Shown here piece by piece: positions 26,526 through 33,248 of a DNA stretch of 33,248 bases. Location: the NCBI GenBank assembly GCA_036781505.1, contig DAIQAV010000001.1:1-33248 (forward strand), in the 5' to 3' direction. A program made the position numbers and the translations under genes. Source of the DNA: Candidatus Anoxymicrobiaceae bacterium (GTDB taxonomy: Bacteria; Actinomycetota; Geothermincolia; Fen-727; Anoxymicrobiaceae). The notes below the pieces were generated by a model. It ran no database searches and was not told the DNA's origin. It saw only the letters and a program-made list of their open reading frames with translations. The first letter of the stretch is position 1. Every line of letters starts with the position of its first letter.

Positions 26526-27677
26526 GTGGAGAAGAAATACCCGTACTTCACCGAAGAGCACGATATGCTCCGTCAGTCCGTGGCCGAGTTCGTCGCCAAA
26601 GAGGTCACTCCCTTCGTCGATGACTGGGAGGAGGCCGAGGCATATAACATGGACGCCTTCAAGAAGATGGGCGAAGCCGGTTTCCTCGGCCTGCGTGTCC
26701 CCGAGGAGTACGGCGGTGGCGGCGCCGATTACTGGTCGGTGGTCGTGCTGTTCGAGGAGCTCAACAAGAGCGGCTGCAGCGGGTTCCTTACCGCTGTCGG
26801 CGTGCACATGGAAGTCGCGATACCCGCCATCCTCCACCACGCTACCGAGGCGCAAAAGCAGAAGTACCTGGTGCCGTCGGTCAAAGGCGAGATGCTGGGC
26901 GCGCTGGCGGTCACCGAGCCGGAGGCAGGGAGCGACGTCGCCGCGATGCTCGCCACGGCGGTCGAGGACGGCGACGACTACATCATCAACGGCAACAAGA
27001 TATTCATCTCGAACGGCGCACGCTGCGACTGGATCGTGGTCGCGGCCAAGACCGACAAGGACGCCGGGTACGGCGGCATCACCGAGTTCATCGTCGACGT
27101 CAAGACGCCGGGGTTCGAGGTCAGCCGGAAGCTCGACAAGGTCGGGCTGCGGTCCAGCGACACCGCCGAGCTCTTCTTCACCGACATGCGCGTGCCCAAG
27201 GAGAACGTGCTGGGCGAGGTAAACAAGGGCTTCTTCCAGATCATGTCCAACTTCCAGCCCGAGCGCCTGCTCATCGCGATCGGCGCCTACGGTGGAGCGG
27301 AGCGCGCGCTCGAGATGGCGATCGAGTACGCCAAGGAGCGCAAGCAGTTCGGCAAGGCCGTCTCGAGGCACCAGCACAACGCTTTCAAGATCGCGGAGCT
27401 GGCCACCAAGGTGGAGGCATCCAAGGAGCTGTCTTACCGCGCGGCGGACATGTACAACCGCGGCCTCGACTGCCTCAAGGAAGTCTCCATGGCTAAGTGG
27501 TTCACCACTGAGGTCGCCAACGAGGTCACGTACCACGGGATGCAGTTGATGGGCGGCTACGGTTACATGATGGAGTACCCGATGCAGCGCGCGTGGCGCG
27601 ACCTGCGCGTACAGACCATCGTGGGCGGGACGACCGAGGTCCAGAAGCTGATCGTCTCGAGGTGCCTGGGCCTGTAG
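26526..27677 (+). CDS. Acyl-CoA dehydrogenase (IVD/LCAD-type catalytic base placement)
   Basis: 383-aa ORF with AAGGAGG-N9-GTG. ACAD signatures: GALAVTEPEAGSD, YIINGNKIFISNG, QLMGGYGY. Gly occupies the MCAD Glu376-equivalent position (IVGGTTEVQ). Glu sits in NFQPERL, the position used by isovaleryl-CoA / long-chain ACADs. Confidence 0.85.
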   Translation: MEKKYPYFTEEHDMLRQSVAEFVAKEVTPFVDDWEEAEAYNMDAFKKMGEAGFLGLRVPEEYGGGGADYWSVVVLFEELNKSGCSGFLTAVGVHMEVAIPAILHHATEAQKQKYLVPSVKGEMLGALAVTEPEAGSDVAAMLATAVEDGDDYIINGNKIFISNGARCDWIVVAAKTDKDAGYGGITEFIVDVKTPGFEVSRKLDKVGLRSSDTAELFFTDMRVPKENVLGEVNKGFFQIMSNFQPERLLIAIGAYGGAERALEMAIEYAKERKQFGKAVSRHQHNAFKIAELATKVEASKELSYRAADMYNRGLDCLKEVSMAKWFTTEVANEVTYHGMQLMGGYGYMMEYPMQRAWRDLRVQTIVGGTTEVQKLIVSRCLGL

Positions 27678-27700
27678 GCGCTCGATTCATCAAGAATATT

Positions 27701-27736
27701 AAAAGGCGGCGCAATTGCGCTGCCTTTTACTTTTTC
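27701..27736 (+). terminator. Rho-independent terminator after the acyl-CoA dehydrogenase gene
   Basis: AAAAGGCGGCGC-AATT-GCGCTGCCTTTT, a 12-bp stem with one G-T pair, followed by ACTTTTT. A-run on the left gives partial bidirectional character. Confidence 0.75.
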
Positions 27737-27823
27737 AACATCTGTTAACAATCGTTTTTTCAGGCAACAGAAGCGAACTCCTGCACCACCGAACTGTTGA
27801 ATCTATAAAGTCTAAACAAGAGG

Positions 27824-27851
27824 TTTACAATGGAAACCGGTCTGCTATAAT
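27824..27851 (+). promoter_or_regulatory. Near-consensus sigma70 promoter with extended -10
   Basis: TTTACA (27824-27829), 16-nt spacer containing TGc, then TATAAT (27846-27851). It lies in the AT-rich island ~250 nt upstream of the DUF192 gene. Confidence 0.6.
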
Positions 27852-28100
27852 AAATCCATAAGTCCGTATGGGTCCCCAGAAAACCCGGGGTTTTGGCCTT
27901 AAAAGGGTCAGGACGAGCCGGGTCGAGCCTCCCTTGTATGAACGATTTTTCCCTGTTTGAAGGCATTTTGCGTGCCAGGTGGATCTGTGCCGGTCTTTGG
28001 AGCAGGTTTCGGCCCCGGCGCCGCCGGCACGGCAGGGCCAAAAAACTGGAAATAGCAAAAGAAGGGAAAAAGTGGCCGGTAAATTAACTATTAGGTTGAG

Positions 28101-28619
28101 ATGACAGTTAGAGCGGGAGTTCACGAAAACCCTTGGGGTCACATAGACTACGCCGAAGCGGTAAGGCCGCTTGCGGTAATACTCCGCAGGGTCACGCCTT
28201 ACGTGCTCATCGCGATGATCGTCGGCTCGACGGTCTTCCTCGCCGTGAGCTGCAAAGGCTCGAGGGTCGCCTTCAGCAACGACGGCAAAATCGCCTCGCT
28301 GAACATAGAGGTGGCCCAGACGCCCGCGGCGGTCACGAAGGGCCTGATGGGACGCAAGGGCCTGGCCGCCGACTCCGGGATGCTCTTCGATTTCAAGCAG
28401 GACGTGACCATACCGTTCTGGATGAAGAACACTTCCATCCCGCTTTCAATCGCCTTCATAGACTCGTCGGGCAAGGTGCTCGCGATAAAAGACATGAAGC
28501 CCTTCGACCTCACCGAAGTGAAGCCCTCCGGGCCTTACAGGTACGCGATCGAGGTCAACCAGGGCTGGTTCACGGACCACGGCATCAAGCCGGGGTTCAC
28601 AGCGACGATAGACATCTAG
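28101..28619 (+). CDS. DUF192 domain protein, probable lipoprotein/secreted
   Basis: 172-aa ORF. Hydrophobic segment ending in a lipobox-like FLAVSC. The DUF192 core contains GLMGR...GMLFDF and MKNTSIPLSIAFID. The start is uncertain because the n-region is long and the RBS is weak. Confidence 0.65.
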   Translation: MTVRAGVHENPWGHIDYAEAVRPLAVILRRVTPYVLIAMIVGSTVFLAVSCKGSRVAFSNDGKIASLNIEVAQTPAAVTKGLMGRKGLAADSGMLFDFKQDVTIPFWMKNTSIPLSIAFIDSSGKVLAIKDMKPFDLTEVKPSGPYRYAIEVNQGWFTDHGIKPGFTATIDI

Positions 28620-28646
28620 GGAACGGACGAGCCCCCTTGACGGAAT

Positions 28647-28668
28647 GGGCCCGGCGCAAGCCGGGCCC
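28647..28668. terminator. GC-rich hairpin between convergent genes (no U-tract)
   Basis: GGGCCCGGC-GCAA-GCCGGGCCC, a perfect 9-bp stem with a GNRA tetraloop. It sits between the DUF192 stop (28619) and the MaoC stop (28702). Confidence 0.5.
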
Positions 28669-28701
28669 TTCCCCCCCCATCTATTTACTGCGAGTCCTGA
28701 G

Positions 28702-29562
28702 CTACGCGTTCAGCTCCACCATCGCACTGGTTATCGATATCTCGTCCGGGCGCTCGGCCGTCTTCGCCTGGAAGATGATCTTGCCGCCGCCCACGTCCCA
28801 CATCTCGGTGACAATGGTCTCGCCCGGGAACACGTGCCTCGAGAACCGGACCTTGATCGACTTGAACTTCTCGGGGTCGTTGTCGCAGTACTCCTTGAGG
28901 ACCGCCCTGCCGGCAAAGCCGAAAGTGCACAGGCCGTGGAGTATGGGCTTCTCGAACCCGGCCATCGCGGCGAACCCCGGGTCTGCGTGCAGCGGGTTGA
29001 TGTCGCCGGAGAGCCTGTACAGTAGGGCCTGCTGAGGCAGCGTCGGCATCTCGACCACCTTATCGGGCGGCCGGTCCGGGGGCTCGTTGCCCGGTGCGGG
29101 ACCCTTCTCCCCACCAAAGCCGCCCTCGCCACGGATGAACGTCCCGAAGACGTTGCGGTAAACGACCTCGCCCGTCTCGTCAGTGGTCTCGGCCTCCAGC
29201 TCGATGAGCGCGCCCTTGCCCTTGTCATAGATATTCGCGATCTTGGGCCTGGTCGTCAGCTTTCCGCCACCGGGCGCGGGCTGCTTGTGTATCTCGAGGT
29301 ACTGCTCGCCGTGCAGAAGCATCATCAGGTTGATGTCGACCCCGGGCGCGCCCAGCAGTCCCATCAACGCCGGGAACGGCGGGATGACCCCGAAGGTCGG
29401 AAGCGCCAGGAGGCCCGGGGCGTTCTCATAGCAGAACTTCAGGTCGTCCGGGTCGGCTCCGGCTCCTACCCCGAGGGCGTAAAGGATCAACTTGTTCTGG
29501 TCATATTCGTAGTCGAGCGCGGGCAGCTCCGCGCCCAACGCCTTGGACAGGTCTATCGGCAT
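28702..29562 (-). CDS. MaoC-like (R)-specific enoyl-CoA hydratase, double hot-dog (hydratase 2 type)
   Basis: 286-aa ORF carrying the hydratase-2 motif [17 protein letters not shown]. Its size and layout resemble the hydratase domain of the multifunctional enzyme type 2. Confidence 0.8.
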   Translation of the reverse strand: MPIDLSKALGAELPALDYEYDQNKLILYALGVGAGADPDDLKFCYENAPGLLALPTFGVIPPFPALMGLLGAPGVDINLMMLLHGEQYLEIHKQPAPGGGKLTTRPKIANIYDKGKGALIELEAETTDETGEVVYRNVFGTFIRGEGGFGGEKGPAPGNEPPDRPPDKVVEMPTLPQQALLYRLSGDINPLHADPGFAAMAGFEKPILHGLCTFGFAGRAVLKEYCDNDPEKFKSIKVRFSRHVFPGETIVTEMWDVGGGKIIFQAKTAERPDEISITSAMVELNA

Positions 29563-29578
29563 ACCTCACACCCCCCTG

Positions 29579-30493
29579 TCAGTCCATCTTGATGTGGCTT
29601 AGCGCGTGACCCGTCTGCGCCGGCGCCGAGTCGTACTCGACCGCGCCTTCCAGGTTCGTGATCGCAGCCAGGTTGGCCGCTATGTCGTCCGGCGTCACCT
29701 TGTCCGGGTCATCGAAGAAGAAGCCCGGGCCCTCGACGACCGCCGCGCGGCTGAAGTACCCGGCGCCCGCGACCATCATCGTGCCTGAGAGGTCGCACGC
29801 TTCGCTGACCAGGAAAGCGGCCAGCGGCGAAACGAACTCCGGCTTCAGCTTCTCGACCACCTGTGGCGGCATGACCGTCGCGGTGAGCCTTGTGCCCGCC
29901 ACCGGCACCAGGGTGTTGGCCTTTATGTTGTACTTGGCGCCCTCGAGCTTGACCGAGTTCATCATGCCCGCGATGCCGAGCTTCGCCGCGCCGTAGTTGG
30001 TCTGGCCGAAGTTGCCGTAGAGGCCCGCGGCAGACGCGGTGGAGAGGATGCGGCCGTAGCCGGCTTCCCTCATGTACGGGAACGCCGCCTTGGTGCAGAA
30101 GAACGTGCCCGAGAGGTGGACCGCCATGATCAGGTTCCAGTCGTCGATCTCCATCTTTATCATGCTCTTGTCGCGCAGGATGCCCGCGTTGTTGATGAGG
30201 ATATCGACCTTGCCGAAGCTGTCTATCGCGGTCTGGATTATCTTCTGCGCGCTGTCCCACTCCGAGACGCTCTCGTAGTTGGGGACCGCTTCCCCGCCCA
30301 TCCCCTTGATCTCGTCGCACACCTTCTGGGCCGGGGTCGAGTCGGCGCCCATGCCGTCCATCGCGCCGCCCAGGTCGTTGATGACTACCTTCGCGCCGCG
30401 GCTGGCAAGCAGAAGGGCGTGCGCGCGGCCAAGTCCTCCGCCGGCTCCAGTGATAACCGCGACCCGGTCGTCAAACCTTATCTCATCAGCCAT
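29579..30493 (-). CDS. SDR-family 3-hydroxyacyl-CoA dehydrogenase-like (MFE-2 dehydrogenase-domain type)
   Basis: 304-aa ORF. Motifs VITGAGGGLGRAHAL, NNAGI and active-site YGAAK. It lies 16 nt upstream of the MaoC gene on the same strand. Confidence 0.75.
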   Translation of the reverse strand: MADEIRFDDRVAVITGAGGGLGRAHALLLASRGAKVVINDLGGAMDGMGADSTPAQKVCDEIKGMGGEAVPNYESVSEWDSAQKIIQTAIDSFGKVDILINNAGILRDKSMIKMEIDDWNLIMAVHLSGTFFCTKAAFPYMREAGYGRILSTASAAGLYGNFGQTNYGAAKLGIAGMMNSVKLEGAKYNIKANTLVPVAGTRLTATVMPPQVVEKLKPEFVSPLAAFLVSEACDLSGTMMVAGAGYFSRAAVVEGPGFFFDDPDKVTPDDIAANLAAITNLEGAVEYDSAPAQTGHALSHIKMD

Positions 30494-30552
30494 ACTCCAT
30501 CTCCTTTCATCGATGCCACGTCAGTGCCGTCCGGACACGTATTCTATTACTT

Positions 30553-30568
30553 TGCAAGCCCGCTTGCA
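30553..30568. promoter_or_regulatory. Perfect palindrome TGCAAGC-CC-GCTTGCA, operator-like
   Basis: 7-bp arms and a 2-bp spacer in the divergent SDR intergenic region. It overlaps the -35/spacer of a possible minus-strand promoter (GTGCAA-N17-TAGAAT, with the -10 at 30541-30546). Confidence 0.4.
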
Positions 30569-30751
30569 CGGGGGGGCAGGCTTCAGCCTGATCACACGGT
30601 GCATTGGCACCTCTAACCTCACAGCGGCGGTGCGTTTCGAAGAAATGCACCACCGCTGAGTCAAATCAGAATCGCTGCTTTTCAGTGGCTGAGCCTATAT
30701 AACTGGTATCATTAGACTCGCTCAAACCGACACGAGGAGAGGTGTTTATCG

Positions 30752-31522
30752 ATGTACAAGGAGATGTTCGACCTGACCGGCAAAGTCGCCATAGTCACCG
30801 GCGGCAGCCGCGGCATCGGCGAGGCGATAGCGATGGCTCTCGCGGAGTTCGGCGCGAAGGTGGTGCTCTCGAGCCGGAAGATCGAGGGCTTGAACGCGGT
30901 CAAGGACAAGATCGAGGCGGCGGGCGGCGAGGCGATGTGCATCCCGGCCCACATGGGCAAGATCGAGTCGCTGCAGTCGATCATCGACGGGACGCTGGAC
31001 GCCTACGGGCAACTGGATATCCTCGTCAACAACGCGGCGACCAACCCTATCTTCGGGATGATAATGGACACGGCCGACGAGGGCGCCTGGGACAAGATCA
31101 TGGACGTGAACGTCAAGGGCGTGTTCTTCCTGACCAAGGCGGCGGCGAAGGTGATGCTCGAGAAGGGCAAGGGGTCGATCATCAACATGAGCAGCGAAGC
31201 GGCGGTCAAGCCGACCCCGTTCCTCGGGATCTACAGCGTGAGCAAAGCGGCGCTCGACATGGTCACGAAGTCGTTCGCGCTCGAGCTCGGCGCCCAGGGC
31301 ATCAGGGTGAACGGCATCGCTCCGGGGCTCGTGAAGACCCATTTCAGCCAGGCGTTGTGGTCGAACGACATGATCAAGGGGGTAGCCGAGTCGAAGATCC
31401 CCCGCGGAAGCATGGGGCAGCCCGAGGAGATCGCGGCGCTCGCGGTCTTCCTGGCGTCCGACGCCTCGAACTTCATCACGGGCCAGACCATCATCGCCGA
31501 CGGCGGCGCGCTGCTGACCTAG
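30752..31522 (+). CDS. SDR-family oxidoreductase (FabG-like)
   Basis: 256-aa ORF with a GAGGAGAGG RBS. Motifs VTGGSRGIG, NNAA and YSVSKAAL. Confidence 0.8.
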   Translation: MYKEMFDLTGKVAIVTGGSRGIGEAIAMALAEFGAKVVLSSRKIEGLNAVKDKIEAAGGEAMCIPAHMGKIESLQSIIDGTLDAYGQLDILVNNAATNPIFGMIMDTADEGAWDKIMDVNVKGVFFLTKAAAKVMLEKGKGSIINMSSEAAVKPTPFLGIYSVSKAALDMVTKSFALELGAQGIRVNGIAPGLVKTHFSQALWSNDMIKGVAESKIPRGSMGQPEEIAALAVFLASDASNFITGQTIIADGGALLT

Positions 31523-31588
31523 CGTGCAAAATGGGGACAGGCACCTTTTTGCATCTGGAGCAAACGCTACGCAACCTGGAGTGACCAT

Positions 31589-32383
31589 TTGAGACTGTTC
31601 TGCGCGATACCTGTACTGTTGATGCTCGGGCACATCGTGTCGGGCGAGCACAGCCCGGTCCGGCTGTTCCTGATGCGAATATTCGCGCGCTACATCGAGG
31701 TGCCGGTCCTCCACCTTTCCTACCTGGCCTGCGTCGGCCCGCTGAAGTTCCTCTCGCGGTTCTTCCTGACGCGCTGGCTCATCCTCTACCCCATCGCCTA
31801 CCCGTTCGGCCATTACGGCGACACTGGCAGGCCGGTGCCGACCGAGAAGCTCGTCAGGATGGTCGAAGCCCTCGAGGGCCCCATCGCCGTCGGCCCCTGC
31901 CGCTGCCGCATGGGCCACCGGGCGTGCCCGCATCCGCTGGAGACCGATATCGTGATAAGGACAGGGACCGAAGTGTGGCTGGAGGCTTTCCCGTTCGCCT
32001 ACAGGACGATAAGCAAAGAGGAAGCGGTGGGCATCATCCGCGACTGCGCTTCACAGGGCCTCTTCCACATGGTGTTCCTGCACTGCCTGCTGGGCGGCGC
32101 GGTGAACGAGTACGTCATCTGCAACTGCTGCACCGACGGCTGCGTCCCTTATATCTTGAACCGCTGCCTCGGGCAGGACATCTACCCGCTGGTGAAAGGT
32201 GAGTGGTCGGCATCGGTAGACGCCACCGGATGTGAGAGGTGCGGCGCCTGCGTAGAGGTGTGCCCTTTCTCAGCGCGCGTGATCATCGAAGGCGAGCCGC
32301 GGGTGCTGGACTGCTACGGCTGCGGGCTCTGCGCCGCGGGCTGTAAGGCGGGCGCCTCTACCATGACCGGGCCGGCGACTTAG
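31589..32383 (+). CDS. Cys-rich protein with hydrophobic N-terminus and C-terminal 2x[4Fe-4S] ferredoxin-like domain
   Basis: 264-aa ORF from a TTG (start uncertain; ATG at 31622 is an alternative). Motifs PCRCRMGHRACPHP, CNCCTDGC, CERCGACVEVCP and CYGCGLCAAGC. I do not recognise the family. Confidence 0.55.
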   Translation: MRLFCAIPVLLMLGHIVSGEHSPVRLFLMRIFARYIEVPVLHLSYLACVGPLKFLSRFFLTRWLILYPIAYPFGHYGDTGRPVPTEKLVRMVEALEGPIAVGPCRCRMGHRACPHPLETDIVIRTGTEVWLEAFPFAYRTISKEEAVGIIRDCASQGLFHMVFLHCLLGGAVNEYVICNCCTDGCVPYILNRCLGQDIYPLVKGEWSASVDATGCERCGACVEVCPFSARVIIEGEPRVLDCYGCGLCAAGCKAGASTMTGPAT

Positions 32384-33147
32384 TCTTTCTTCTTACCCGG
32401 GAACTTCGCGGACTCGAGTATCTTCTTTGCCATCCGCCCCGGGTACCCGGACGTCATGTTCGCGGGCGAGTTCCCGCCCCAGGTGACGCCTCCGACGCAG
32501 AAGAAGCTGATGTTGCCCGCGTCCTCGACGTAGGGCAGGACGCAGGAGTTGCGGCACATGGACATGTCCGCGACCGCGTTCTTCGCCACCTTCTCGAACA
32601 TCCCGGTCACCTTGGCGTTCCTGAACGCGATGCGGGTCAGGTCGTCGAACCGCTTCCAGCGCTTGAGGACCGCCAGCACCCTGTTGGAGGCGTAGGTCAG
32701 GAGGACCCGGGCGCTCAGCCCCCTGTCGCCGACCCCGAGCGCCGTCCGCCCGATCTGCCCGGCGTACTTCGTCGAGAGCGCGCCCTCCCCCAGCCTGTCG
32801 GCGAGGTCGCGCAGTTGCGCGGGCCTTCCCCGCACGATCACCACGTCGGGCTCAACGTCGGAGAACCTGCTCAGTGGCGCGACATACAGCCCGGCGACGT
32901 TCCCCTTGAGGCGCGGCTCAAGGCTCTCCTCGAACGCGTTCTCAGGCGCCTTCAAGCCGAGGACGATGGGCGACCACCTGCAGATGTCTATCGAGCCCGG
33001 CACCACCAGCGTCTCCGCTCCAAACGTGGCCAGCCGCACCGCGTCGCACCACGAGACGCCGTGGTATGTCTCCGCATCGATACCCTCGAGCGAGTCGGAG
33101 AGGATTTTGACTCCGACAACGGGCAGCTCGAGATCGATCGTATCCAT
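32380..33147 (-). CDS. DUF169 domain protein
   Basis: 255-aa ORF with a GGGGGTG RBS. The N-terminus LPVVGVKIL...GVSWCDAV and the overall length fit DUF169. Its stop overlaps the convergent stop of the previous gene (TTAG at 32380-32383). Confidence 0.65.
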   Translation of the reverse strand: MDTIDLELPVVGVKILSDSLEGIDAETYHGVSWCDAVRLATFGAETLVVPGSIDICRWSPIVLGLKAPENAFEESLEPRLKGNVAGLYVAPLSRFSDVEPDVVIVRGRPAQLRDLADRLGEGALSTKYAGQIGRTALGVGDRGLSARVLLTYASNRVLAVLKRWKRFDDLTRIAFRNAKVTGMFEKVAKNAVADMSMCRNSCVLPYVEDAGNISFFCVGGVTWGGNSPANMTSGYPGRMAKKILESAKFPGKKKD

Positions 33148-33163
33148 GACACCCCCGTGTGTC

Positions 33164-33231
33164 TGCCGGCGGGACGCCGGCGCTACGTTCTCATGCCGGC
33201 GGGACGCCGGCGCTACGTTCTCATGCCGGCG
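33164..33231. repeat. Tandem array of a 30-bp REP-like hairpin unit (2 full copies plus an 8-bp partial)
   Basis: TGCCGGCGGGACGCCGGCGCTACGTTCTCA at 33164-33193 and 33194-33223, with partial TGCCGGCG at 33224-33231. It has the same 23-nt core as the array at 1-92 but a different linker. It lies 17 nt upstream of the DUF169 start, near the window edge. Confidence 0.9.
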
Positions 33232-33248
33232 CTGACTACTCTACTTTC

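Noticed and set aside
27900-27945. Faint resemblance of GGACGAGCCGGGUCGAGCCUCCC to the c-di-GMP-I (GEMM) riboswitch core
   Set aside because: Only short fragments (GGACG, AGCCUCC) match my recollection of the consensus. The paired elements and the tetraloop/receptor could not be reconstructed. This needs a covariance-model scan.
27893-28087. Small basic ORF (64 aa from TTG, or 49 aa from the internal ATG) in the AT-rich island
   Set aside because: It has no RBS; CCTCCC precedes the ATG. Its codon usage is AT-rich, unlike every confident gene here, and it has no recognisable motif. I treat it as non-coding leader unless ribosome profiling says otherwise.
1-33248. Circular element whose ends overlap through the terminal repeats
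   Set aside because: The two edge arrays share the core but have different linkers and periods (29 vs 30 bp). The unique flanks do not overlap. Gene content is chromosomal housekeeping and metabolism, with no replication, partition or phage genes.

Overview
GC-rich, tightly packed bacterial chromosomal segment. It looks like a whole contig, because both ends run into tandem copies of the same hairpin-forming repeat. By eye I found no rRNA, tRNA, CRISPR array, transposase or integrase.

I support about 27 protein genes. The content suggests an anaerobe:
- an hdrCBA operon whose HdrA is a tandem double module carrying a Lys/Ala/Pro-rich N-terminal tail;
- a PFL2-type glycyl radical enzyme with no activase in the window;
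- DUF362 and DUF169 Fe-S associated proteins;
- a ClpA-like double AAA+ ATPase fused to an McsA-like zinc ribbon;
- an MBL-fold hydrolase, a CCA-adding enzyme, an alpha/beta hydrolase, a TrmO-like protein and a membrane-anchored M1 metallopeptidase;
- a beta-oxidation-like set (acyl-CoA dehydrogenase, MaoC hydratase, two SDRs);
- an HMGL-like synthase plus aminotransferase pair;
- a histidine kinase and response regulator pair;
- two tandem DMT-type transporter paralogues;
- a secreted protein with an internal ~115-aa repeat.

Items worth a second look:
- a REP-like 23-nt core repeat family (two edge arrays plus one inverted internal copy);
- histone-H1-like KA-rich tails on two unrelated enzymes;
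- two adjacent disrupted genes (a frameshift and an in-frame TAA);
- the zinc-ribbon Clp ATPase, which lacks both an M-domain and a ClpP-docking tripeptide;
- the orphan glycyl radical enzyme;
- an AT-rich ~420-bp intergenic island with a near-consensus promoter;
- mutually exclusive hairpins and an operator-like palindrome between the divergent SDR genes.

All functional calls rest on motif recognition in the supplied translations. No database search was possible.
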